A DNA stretch of 64,000 nucleotides from NCBI GenBank assembly GCA_030390025.1, contig CM059431.1, positions 135,410,001 through 135,474,000 on the forward strand. The letters run 5' to 3'. Positions 48,425 to 59,603 of the stretch are shown piece by piece. Source of the DNA: Squalus acanthias. Taxonomy: Eukaryota. Made by a program: the position numbers and the translations under genes. The first letter of the stretch is position 1, and each line of letters begins with the position of its first letter. The notes beneath the pieces were generated by a model. That model had not been told where the DNA came from and searched no databases. It saw only the letters and a program-made list of their open reading frames with translations.

Positions 48425-50210
48425 GTTGTTCAATGTGAGAACAAGTTCAGCCAGGTGGAGGAGGGTGGTGGTGGATGGGGTCTGGTTGGGCCTCTGTTCA
48501 AGGAAGAAGCGGAGCGACTTCAGGCCATCCTGGTGGGGGATGGAGGTATAGAGGGATTGTACGCCCATAGTGAAAAGGAGGCGGTCAGGGCCAGGAAATT
48601 GGAAACTGTTAAAGTGGCGGAGGGCGTCGGAAGAGTCGCGGATGTAGGTGGGAAGAGACTGGACAAGGGGAGAAAAAATAGAGTCGAGATAGGAAGAGAT
48701 AAGTTCCGTGGGGCAAGTACAGGCTGAAACGATGGGTCTACCAGGGCAGTCCTGTTTGTGGATCTTGGGAAGGAGGTAGAAGCGGGCTGTGCGGGGTTGG
48801 GGAACTATGAGGTTGGCGGCCGTGGGGGGAAGATCTCCAGAGGAGATGAGGTCAGTGACAGTCTTGGAAACGGTGGCTTGATGTTCGGTCGTGGGGTTAT
48901 GGTCCAGGCAGAGGTAGGAGGTGTCGGAGAGTTGGCGTTCAGCTTCCGCTAGGTAGAGGTCGGTTCGCCAAACAACAAAAGCACCACCCTTGTCAGCAGG
49001 TTTAATGACAATGTCGGGGTTGGATCTGAGAGAATGGAGTGCTGCAAGTTCAGAGGGAGGAAGGTTGGAGTGAGTGAGGGGAGCAGAGAAATGGAGACGG
49101 CCGATGTCACGCCGGCAGTTTGCAATGAAAAGATCTAGAGAGGGTAAGAGGCCAGAGGGAGGGGTCCAGGTAGAACGAGAATTCTGAAAGCGGGAGAAAA
49201 GGTCAGCCATGCGGGGGGAAGACTCCTGGCCAAAGAAGTGGGCACGGAGGCGAAGGCGGCGGAAAAAGAGCTCAGCATCGTGCCGAGCTCGAAATTCATT
49301 GAGGTGGGGGCGTAAGGGGATGAAGCTCAGGCCTTTGCTAAGGACTGATCGTGCGGGGTCAGAGAGGGGAAGGTCAGAGGGGATCGTGAAAACGCGGCAG
49401 GGGGTGAGATTGGGAGAAGGGATGGGTCAGAGGAAAGTGAAGGGGAAGAAGGTTCCGGAGGTGCGTTGGTGTCCAAGAGTTGTTGAAGCTTGCGATCCTT
49501 GCCACCTGAAAGGAAGAAAAAAAGTTTTTTGTTAACGCGCCAGATGAGGCGAAGGATGAAATGGAACTGCGAATCAGGACGGCTTTGAGATAGAGTGAGT
49601 CGGTGCTGCTGAAGAGAGAGGTCGAGAGTGTTCATGTGGCATTGCATGGCATTCAGCGTGGATCTCAGGATGCGGCGAGAGCAGTGGTTCGAGGAACGCT
49701 GAATATCTTGGAGATATCTGTAGTCCTGGGTGGATCCAAAACACGAAGGGTGAATTTCAGTTGGAATCCACGTGGAGTAAGTCGGAGCCGGAGACAGTTG
49801 CTGAGGAAAGATATGTGGCTGTGAAAGCGAGTTTTGGTAGATCCTGATCAAACACGAGAAGGAGACAGAAAGCAATGAAGATGAACAAGGTAAAAGAGAC
49901 AAACGGAAATCCCGTCGAAGAGAAGAGCAGAACTTCTTCAAGGTGGGCATTCCTGGAAGAGAGGTGGCAGTGAATAAACACTAATACAAAAAGAAAATAC
50001 TGCAGATGCTGGAAATCTGAAATAAAAACAGAAAATGCTGGAAATACTCAGCAGGCCAGGCAGCATCTGTGGAGAGAGAAACAGAGTTAACGTTTCAGGT
50101 CGATGACCTTTCGTCAGAACTGGAAAAAAGCAGGAAATGGAACAGATTTTTAAGCAAGTGTAGTGGCTGGGAAATGGGGGAGGGGATGAAAGAACAAAAG
50201 GGAAGGCCTA
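48425..50210 (-). mobile_element. Penelope-like element, 5' half (pseudo-LTR, N-terminal region, RT N-terminal part)
   Basis: Highly similar to 60826-61933 over the shared part; IKPADKGG, YLLPKIHK, GRPIVS; breaks at LTLNN. Confidence 0.93.
50085..50121 (-). ncRNA. Minimal type I hammerhead ribozyme (Penelope pLTR)
   Basis: agtt-CUGACGA-a-aggtc/atc/gacct-GAAA-cgtt-aact: core boxes, stem II, palindromic stem III, stem I agtt/aact. Confidence 0.85.
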
Positions 50211-50214
50211 TTTT

Positions 50215-50350
50215 TATGTTATGATGTGGAGATGCCGGCGTTGGACTGGGGTGGACAAAAATGAGAAGTCGCACAACACCAGGTTATAGTCCAACAGATT
50301 TATTTAAAATTACAAGCTTTCGGAGCTGTCGCCCCTTCCTCAGGTAGAGT
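50215..50350 (-). mobile_element. pLTR fragment of a second Penelope-like family
   Basis: Hammerhead followed by aataaa and ctgttggactataacctggtgttgtg. Confidence 0.65.
50311..50346 (-). ncRNA. Minimal hammerhead ribozyme, second family
   Basis: tac-CUGAGGA-a-ggggc/gaca/gctcc-GAAA-gctt-gta. Confidence 0.72.
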
Positions 50351-50519
50351 AGCTGTGAGAGAATCTCCCAGAATTCACAATATAAACACAGAAAAAATGT
50401 ATTCAAATCTTTCCCTACATCAAAGACACACTAAGAGCTCTGTCTTTCTGAAGCCATCTCTGCAAGGCTGAGCAATAACCAGATGGTGATATGTATTGCC
50501 TGCACACTCCTAGATGAAC

Positions 50520-50743
50520 CTTCAAATGCAATGTGGCCAAGGCTGCATTAAATATCCCCGTTGGAAATGAGTCATCGATGACGTCATCAGACCCGCACCA
50601 TTCAATAGGGCCAGGAAACGCCTTAATAGGCACCATTAACGGAAAATTGCTCTGAGGAGCGGGATGAAAAGAAGAACGGGGTTCCGAGCCACCATGCCGA
50701 CCGCCCGAACCGGACCCGCGCAGGTAATGAAAATTCCGGCCCT
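50520..50743. mobile_element. Harbinger-type terminal fragment
   Basis: Ends gaaaattccggccc; resembles 40400-40583. Confidence 0.6.
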
Positions 50744-50879
50744 GGAGTCCAAGAAGACTTCTCATCCTGGCCACCACCTTGCATCTTCCTCAAGAAATAT
50801 GCACTGATATTGTCTAATGCTATTTCTTCAATTTCGCTTACTCCCTGTGCAGCATTACTTCTCCTGTGATGAAATAACA

Positions 50880-52537
50880 GAGAATATTGATGAAGGTAAT
50901 GCCATTGATGTTGTGTATACGGACTTTCAGAAGGCGTTTGATAAAGTACCACATAATAGATTTGCTAGAAAAATTGAAGCCCATGAAATTGGCTGAGAGA
51001 CAGAAAGCAGAGAGTAGTAGTGAATGGCTATTTTTCAGAATGGAGGGAAGTATACAGTGGTTTCCCCCAGGGTTCAGTATTAGAACCACTGCTCTTTTTG
51101 ATGTATATTAATGACCTGGACTTTGATACAGAGGGCATAATTTCAAAGTTTGCGGATGACACAAAACTTGGAAATGTAGTAAACAATTAGGAGGATAGTA
51201 GCAGACTCCAGGAGGACATAGACAGACTGGTGAAACGGCAGATGAAATTTCATGCTTTGGAAGGAAAAATAAGGAGTGGCAGTATAATCTGAATGGTATA
51301 TTTTTTAAAGCGGGTGCAGGAGCAGAGAGACCTGGGGGTTCACATACACAGATCTTTGAAGGTGGCAGGACAAGTTGATCAAGATGATGAAAAAAACATA
51401 GGCTTTATAAATAGAGGCATAGGGCAGAATTTTCATTGACCCATGGAGGCGGGTTTGGAGGCCTGTGGGGGGTTAAAATTGCGAAAACTGGCGGGCGGGC
51501 ACGAGCCCGCCTCCATCCCGTCTCCACGCAATTTTCATTAAATCGTGTCTGCTGGTCCCGACTCTGCCCCGGCTCTAAGAGGTGGGATAGGCTGTTAAGG
51601 CCCTTAACAAGCACTAAATTGCCTCTATAATGCCATTTTGAAAGGCCTTTGTGATTTTAACCCTTTTTCTACATGAAGCACGCCTGTTCTGAACCACGAA
51701 TGTGAAACCTGGCGGGAGCACATTTCGATAGCTGACTATCAGCTGCAGGTCCACTATTACAACGGGGAGGAGGAGGAGGATGATGATGACATCATCAGAG
51801 GCGACTTTCAGACTGAAAACACTAATTGGGTCATGGGTTCCCACATGCTGGAACTCAATTGCCCAATTAGGTGAAAATCGCATCAATCTCCCACATCCAA
51901 TTGCAGTCGGGTGGATAACACGAAAAGTGGATGACACGACCCCAACTCGCCCCAGTATCAAAATCCAGCCCATAGAGTACAAAAGCAAGGGAGTTATGGT
52001 AAACCTTTATAAATCACTAGTTAGACCTCAGCTGGAGTATTGTGTCCAATTCTGGGCACCGCACTTTAGAAAGGACGTCAAGGCCTTGGAGTGGGTGCAG
52101 AGGAGAGTTACTGGAATGGTATGAGGGAATTCGGTTATGTGGAGACACGAGAGAAACTGGGATTGTTCGCCTTGGAGCAAAGGTGTTTAGGGGAGATTTA
52201 ATAGAGCTGTTCAAAATTATGAGGGGTTTTGAGTAGATAGGGAGGAGGGTTGGTAACCAAAGGATACAAATTTAAGATCAATGTGAAAAAAGATGAGAAG
52301 AAATTGTTTTAATTAGTGAGTTGTTATGGTCTAGAATGCACTGCCTGAAGGGTGGTGGAAGCAGATTCAATAGTAACTTTTGAAAGGAAATTAGATATAT
52401 ACTTAAAAAAAGAAAAAAACTGCATGTCTATGGGTAAAGAGCACAGGGGGTGAGACTAATTAGCAGCTCTTTCAGAGAGCTAGCACATGCATGATGGACG
52501 GAATGGTCTCCTTCTGTGTTTTATGATTTTATGATTC
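50880..52537 (+). mobile_element. Degenerate CR1 (RT to tail)
   Basis: [33 protein letters not shown]; interrupted by a MITE. Confidence 0.88.
51422..51971. mobile_element. Harbinger-type MITE, 550 bp
   Basis: gggcagaatttt / aaaatccagccc TIRs with a 3-bp TSD ATA; removing it restores CR1 ggcatagagtac. Confidence 0.85.
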
Positions 52538-52679
52538 CTTAGGAATTTGCTCAAGTTAGCCCTATGCATAAAAAGGCAGTCCCTCTCACATTTCCAACCA
52601 TTGCCCCGTTGCCCTTACATTTAAAGTTATGAAAGCTACTGTTAACTTTTAAATTATCCATTGCCTTGAAAGTTCTAGC

Positions 52680-53000
52680 TAATTCATTATTACCAGTATA
52701 ATTTTTGGCACGCCCTGTTTATTGTGATCTTGTTGGACCTCTGAAATTCTGTTTTTGAACACTTTGATGAATAATTTCACATTGTGTCGGACGTCTCCAA
52801 GATATTTGACAAGGTCTGGGAATGTGCACTTATAAGCAAGTTCCCATGATAAGGCCTCCCACTAAAAGTATTATCATGGCTATCTAGTTTCTACTCAAAT
52901 CACTCAATCTATGCTGTTGTTGATGACTCATCTCATTTTCTAAGAACTCAGGAGCACCTCAGAGCTCTTCATAGCATTGATCTTCTCATTCAGCAGTTTC
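52680..53000 (+). mobile_element. Ancient LINE RT remnant
   Basis: SDVSKIFDKVW...SWLSSF...NSGAPQ degenerate RT motifs. Confidence 0.5.
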
Positions 53001-53559
53001 CTACCGCCTATGCATCCTTGATGCACGCAAGCTCAATTTCTCTTGCAGAGCAATGGCTGAATCATGACATCTTAATTCCTTCCATGTCTTTTGAAGAATT
53101 GAAAGAAATAAGGTTGACAATGCTTAATCAAAGACAGTTTCTTTACGTCTAAACAACAGTTATCATCTTGCATCCTTAATCCTGCATTTGTTGACATTCT
53201 TGCCTCATTATATCCTCAGATCACCAATCAAATTCTCATATTCCTCCAGACGTCTCTGAGAAACTAGCTTTTCTCTTTCATGGCAAATATGTGTTTTCCC
53301 TCAATTGGAGAAATTTTCGTGTCACTGTTTTTCAGCATGAATGGAATGGTACCAAGATTACTTTTTTTTTTAAACTTACCGTTGGCTTCTCCTCAGAGGC
53401 CTGCCTGGATATGATTTTCGAGCAGGCCTTGATTCAGGTGGCTAGTGCTCCACTCTGAAACAGGCAGGAGCCTTCTTAAAATATTTGATATGGGGCCCAA
53501 GATGCATTTAGGTCACTGATGCAATTTTGATTTTTGACTGGGCGTTGAGTGCCCAAACC

Positions 53560-55143
53560 TTAAGGGGTTTAGCAGCTTTAACAGTGGATAAATCCCCAGG
53601 CCCGGATGAAATGTGTCCCAGGCTGTTAAGCGAAGCAAAAGAGGAAATAGCAGAGGCCCTGACCATCATTTTCTAATCTGCTCTGGCTTCAGGTGTGGTG
53701 CCGGAGGACTGGAGGACTGCTAATGTGGTACCCTTGTTTAAAAAGGGAGAAAAGGATAGACGAGTAATTACAGGCCAGTCAGCCTAACCTCGGTGGTGGG
53801 AAAATTATTGGAAAGAATTCTGAAGGACAGGATAAATCTTAATTTAGAAAGACACGGATTAATCAAGGATAGTCAGCACGGATTTGTTAAGGGAAGGTCG
53901 TGTCTGACAAACTTGATTGAATTTTTTGAGGAGGTAACAAGGAGGGTAGATGAAGGTAGTGCATTTGATGTAGTGTATATGGACTTTAGCAAGGCTTTTG
54001 ATAAGATTCCACATGGCAGACTGGTCACGAAGTTAAAAACCCATGGGATCCAGGGCAAAGTGTCAAGTTGGATTCAAAACTGGCTCGGAGACAGGAAGCA
54101 GAGGGTAATGGTTGATGGGTGTTTTTGTGACTGGAAGGCTGTTTCCAGTGGGGTTCCGCAGGGCTCAGTACTAGGTCCCTTGCTTTTTGTGGTATATATC
54201 AATGATCTAGACTTGAATATAGGGGGTATGATTAAGAAGTTTGCAGATGATACTAAAATCGGCTGTGTGGTTGATACTGAAGAAGGAAGCTGTAAACTGC
54301 AGGAAGATATCAATAAATTGGTCAGGTGGGCAGAACAGTGGCAAATGGAATTCAATCCGGAGAAGTGTGAGGTAATGCATTTGGGGAGGGCTAACAAGGA
54401 AAGGGAATGCACATTAAATGGTAGGACACGGAGTAGTGTAGAGGAACAAAGGGACCTTGGAGTGCATGTCCACAGATCCCTGAAGGTAGCAGGCCAGGTA
54501 GATAAGGTGGTTAAGAAGGCATACGGAATGCTTGACTTTATTAGCCGTGGCATAGAATACAAGAGCAGGGGGGTTATGCTTCAACTGTATAAAACACAAG
54601 TTAGGCCTCAGCAGTTCTGGTCACCACATTACAGGAAAGATGTGATTGCACTAGAGAGGGTACAGAGGAGATTTACAAGGATGTTGCCAGGAGTAGAGAA
54701 TCTTAGCTATGAGGAAAGATTGGATAGGTTGGGTTTGTTTTCCTTGGAACAGAGGAGGCTGAGGGGAGACCTTATTGAGGTGTATAAAATTATGAGGGGC
54801 CTAGATAAAGTGGATAGAAAGGACCTATTTCCCTTAGCAGAGGGGTCAAAAACCAGGGGCCACAGATTTAAAGTAATTGGGGGAAGGTTTAGAGGGTATT
54901 TGAGGGGAAATTTCTTCACCCAGAGGGTTGTGAGGGTCTGGAACTCACTGCCTGAAAGGGTGGTAGAGGCAGAAACCCTAACCACATTTAAAAAGTACTT
55001 GGATGTGCACTTGGGATGCTGTAACCTGCAGGTCTATGGACCTAGAGCTGGGAAGTGGGATTAGGCTGGATAGCTCTTTGTTGGCCGGCGCGGACACGAT
55101 GGGCCGAAATGGCCTCCTTCCGTGCTGTAACTTTGTATGATTC
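53560..55143 (+). mobile_element. CR1 LINE, 5'-truncated (423-aa RT frame 53793-55064)
   Basis: MDFSKAFDKIPH, GVPQGSVLGP, FADD, CR1 C-terminus and tail. Confidence 0.95.
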
Positions 55144-55424
55144 TTAAAGGGACTACTGCAGGTTGCTCCAAAAAAGTTTAAAAACAGCTTTTCCAATCAT
55201 TTTTGTAGGGCCAGGTAGAGCATGAATGCTCCTCTTAGACCGAGAGAAATGTTCCCCCATTGTTGGATCTTCCATGCCACCCCCTCAGGATTTCCTCTCC
55301 TCTTTAATTGAAAATGTCAGGCTCGGCTCCACAAGGAAGCCGTTGTGAATCCTACCACCTCCTCCTCCTCCTCTTCCCCGATCAGCGAGCTGTCTGTCAG
55401 TATTGTTCACTGCTCACAGCTTTC

Positions 55425-55900
55425 CATTCATAGGAACAACAGTAGGCAAATCAGCCTCTCAAGCCAGTTCCGCCATTCAATTAGATCTTGGCTGATCTGT
55501 ACCTCAACCCCATTTACCCACCTTTGCACCAGCGAGTTCCAGATTTCCACTACCCTTTGTGTGAAAAAGTGGTTCCCGATTTCATTCATGAATGATTAGT
55601 TCTAGTTTTAAGGTTATGCCCTCTTTTTCTGGATTCCCCCACCAGAGAAAATAGTTTCTTTGTATCAAACTTATCGAATCCTTTTATCATTGTGAAGACA
55701 TCATCAACTTCAACTTGTACGCTGACAACACCCAGCTCTACCTCTCCACCACCTCTCTTGACCACTCCCCTGCATTTATGTTGTCAGACTGCTTGCTTGA
55801 TATCATCTTGGATGAGCAGCAATTTCCTCAAGTTAAGCATTGTGAAAACTGAAATCATTGTTTTGAGTTCCCATCATGAGTCCATCCCCTAGCATGAAAA
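55425..55900. mobile_element. CR1 tail remnant (-) followed by an L2 RT remnant (+)
   Basis: gttccagatttccactaccctttgtgtgaa; then LYADNTQLYLS...WMSSNFLKL...KTE. Confidence 0.7.
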
Positions 55901-55952
55901 TCCATCTCCCTTCCCAGCCCCCTCTGTACTTCTTCCAGCCATTTCTGTTTTC

Positions 55953-58333
55953 GGGAACGGTAGCCTAGTGATTACGTTACTGGACTAGTAATCCAGAGGC
56001 CTGGACTAATGATCCAGCAGACATGTGTTCAAATCCCACCATGGCAGCTGGGGAATTTAAATTCAGTTAATTAAATAAATCTGGAATAAAAGAATTGTTG
56101 TATCTGGTTCACTAATGTCCTTCAGAAGTAAATCTGTCGTCCTTACCTGGTCTGGCTTATATGTGACTCCAGACCCACAACAATGTGGTTGACTCTTAAC
56201 TGCCCTCTGAAATGGCCTAGCAAGCCACTCAATTGTAACAAACCACTACAGAAAACAATAAGAAGAATAAAATCGGATGGACCACTCGGCACCGACTTTT
56301 ACTTCAGACACAGCAACGGCACACGCAGCCTGGTTGACCCTGCAAAGTCCTCCTCCCTAACATCTGTGGACTTGTGTCAAAATTTGGGGAGCTGTCTCAC
56401 AGACTAGTCAAGCAACAGCCTGACATAGCCATTCTCACAGAATCATACCTTTCAGCCAATGTCCCAGACTCCTCCATCACCATCCCTGGGTATGTCCTGA
56501 CCCACTGGCAGCACAGACCCACCAGGGGTGGCGGCACAGTGGTATACAGTCAGGAGGTAGTGGCCCTGGGAGTCCTCAACATTGACTCTGGAGCCCATGA
56601 AGTCTCATGGCTTCAGGGCAAGCATGGGCAAGGAAACCTCCTGCTGATTACCACCTACTGCCCTCCCTCAGCTGATGAATCAGTACTCCTCCATGTTGAA
56701 CACCACTTGGAAGAGGCACTGAGGGTAGCAAGGGCAGAAAATGTACTCTGGGTGGGGGACTTCAATGTCCATCACCAAGAGTGGCACGGTAACACCACTA
56801 CTGATCGAGCTGGCCAAGTCCTGAAGGATATAACTGCCAGACTGTGGTGGGAGAACCAACACGAGGGAAAAACCTAGTTGACCTCGTCCTCACCAATCTA
56901 CCTGTCGCAGATGCATCTGTCCATGACAGTATTGGTAGCAGTCATTGTGGAGACGAAGTCCCGTCTTCACACTGAGGACACCCTCCATCGTGTTGTGTGG
57001 CACTACCACCGTGCTAAATGGGATAGATTCAGAACAGATCTAACAGCTCAAAACTGGGCATCCACCACAATCTGTAACCTCTTGGCCTGGCATATCCCTC
57101 ACTCTACCATTACCATCTAGCTAGGGGACCAACCCTGGTTCAATAAGGAGTGTAGAAGAGCATGCCAGGAGTAGCACCAGGTGTACCTAAAAATGAGGTA
57201 CCAACCTGGGGAAGCTGCAACACAGGACTACATGCATGCTAAAAAGCACAAGCAGCATGCTATAGACAGGGCTAAGCGATCCCACAATCAACAGATCAGA
57301 TCAAAGCTCTGTAGTCCTGCCACATCCAGTCCTGAATGGTGGTGGACAATTAAACAACTAACCGGAGGAGGAGGCTCCATGAATATTTCCATCCTCAATG
57401 ATGGAGGAGGCCAGCACGCGAGTGCAAAAGACAAGGCTAAAGCGTTTGCAACCATCTCCAGCCAGAAGTGCTGAGTGGATGATCCATATCGGTCTCCTCC
57501 TCAGGTCCCCACCATCACAGAAGCCAGTCTTCAGCCAATTCGATTCACTCCACAAGATATCAAGAGACGACTGAGCGGACTGGATACAGCAAAGGCTATG
57601 GGCCCTGACAACATCCCAGCTGTCGTACTGAAGACTTGTGCTCCAGAACTAGCCGCACCTCTAGCCAAGCTGTCCAGTCCAGCTACAACACTGGCATCTA
57701 CCTGTCAATGTCGAAAACTGCCCAGGTATGTTCTGTCCACAAAAAGCAGGACAAATCCAATCTGGCCACTTACCACCCCATCAGTCTACTCTCAATCATC
57801 AGCAAAGTGATGGAAGGTGTCGTCGACAGTGCTATCAAGCGGCACTTACCAATAACCTGCTCACCGATGCTCAGTTTGGGTGCTGCCAGGACCACACAGC
57901 TCCCAACCTCATTACAGCCTTGGTCCAAACATGGACAAAAGAGCTGAATTCCAGAGGTGAGGTGAGAGTGGCTGCCCTTGACATCAAAGCAGTATTTGAC
58001 CGAGTGTGGCATCAAGGAGCCCTAGTAAAATTGAAGTCAATGGGAATCAGGGGGAAAACTCTCCATGGGCTGGAGTCATACCAAGCACAAAGGAAGATGA
58101 TTGTGGTTGTTGGAGGTCAGTCTTCTCAGCCCCAGGACAAGGCTGCAGGGGTTCCTCAGGGCAGTGTCCTAGGCCCAACCATCTTCAGCTGCTTCATCAA
58201 TGACCTACCCTCCATCATAAGGTCACTGTGGGAGCACCTTCACCACATGGACTGCAGCGGTTCAAGAAGGCGGCTCCCCACCACATTCTCAACAGCAATT
58301 AGGGATGGGCAATAAATGCTGGCACTGCCTCAT
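55953..58333 (+). mobile_element. tRNA-headed single-ORF LINE, copy 2, decayed with a 3' internal deletion
   Basis: tRNA-like head at 55953-56045, EN (DIAILTES, GDFNVH), RT (KAMGPDN, LDIKAVFDRVWH, GVPQGSVLGP), shared tail and poly(A). Confidence 0.88.
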
Positions 58334-59286
58334 CCCAGGAACAAAAAAAAAAATATTTCTCTGTTGTTTGCAGCCCATTAATAGCTGCTGGCTGCCTTTA
58401 AGTGGCATCCGTGAAGCCCGATTTCCTACCCACCAAACAGGAGAGCTGGCTGCACGCCTGAAACATTGGCCCAAAAATTGCTGTGGCTGGCCAACAAACG
58501 TCACCCACCAATAGTTACACTTGCTCTTGCCCATATAATCTCCATGATATTTTGCCCTGCAAGTTGCTCAAAGTGTGCGATAGAAACATAAGAACATAAG
58601 AACATAAGAAATAGGAGCAGGAGTAGGCCAATCGGCCCTTCGAGTCTGCTCCGCCATTCAATCAGATCATGGCTGATCTGATCCTCACCTCAAATCTAAA
58701 GAACACAAGAAGTAGGAGCAGGACCCGGCCACTCAGCCCCTGGGCCCGCTACGCCACCCACAGGGCCTCGACCGATCCGAACTCAGCCTCATGTCCAATT
58801 TCCTGCCCGCTTCCCGTAACCCCTAATTCCCTTTACTTCTAGGAAACTGTCTATTTCTGTTTTAAATTTATTTAATGATGTAGCTTCCACAGCTTCCTGG
58901 GGCAGCAAATTCCACAGACCTACTACCCGCTGAGTGAAGAAGTTTCTCCTCATCTCAGTTTTGAAAGAGCAGCCCCTTATTCTAAGACTATGCCCCCTAG
59001 TTCTAGTTTCACCCATCCTTGGGAACATCCTTACCGCATCCACCCGATCAAGCCCCTTCACAATCTTATATGTTTCAATAAGATCGCCTCTCATTCTTCT
59101 GAACTCCAATGAGTAGAGTCCCAATCTACTCAACCTCTCCTCGTATGTCCACCCCCTCATCCCGGGGATTAACCGAGTGAACCTTCTTTGTACTGCCTCG
59201 AGAGCAAGTATGTCTTTTCTTAAGTAACAACAGAAAACGCTGGAAAAACTCAGCAGGCCAGGCAGCATCCGTGGAGAGAGAAAGAG

Positions 59287-59323
59287 AGTTAACGTTTCAG
59301 GTCGATGACCTTTCGTCAGAACT
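59287..59323 (-). ncRNA. Minimal type I hammerhead ribozyme (Penelope pLTR)
   Basis: Same sequence as 50085-50121. Confidence 0.85.
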
Positions 59324-59603
59324 GTGAAGAGCCGGAAATCAAATAGATTTAAGGCCAGAGTAAAGCTGGGAAAAGGGGGAGGGGATAAAAGAACAAAGGG
59401 GGAGATGAAGAGACATTAAGAGACATTAAGAGATATGCAAGGCTAGAGGTGGTGTTAATGTGACAGATTAAGGCTGAAAGAAGTGTGAAATCCACTGGCA
59501 GAATGAAGGACAGCTGCCAGCTTCTAGGAGGAAAAAAAAGGTGGGGGGGGGGGGCAAATAAAAGGGTGGAAAAAATAAAATATAAATGTGATTGGAGCTG
59601 AGG

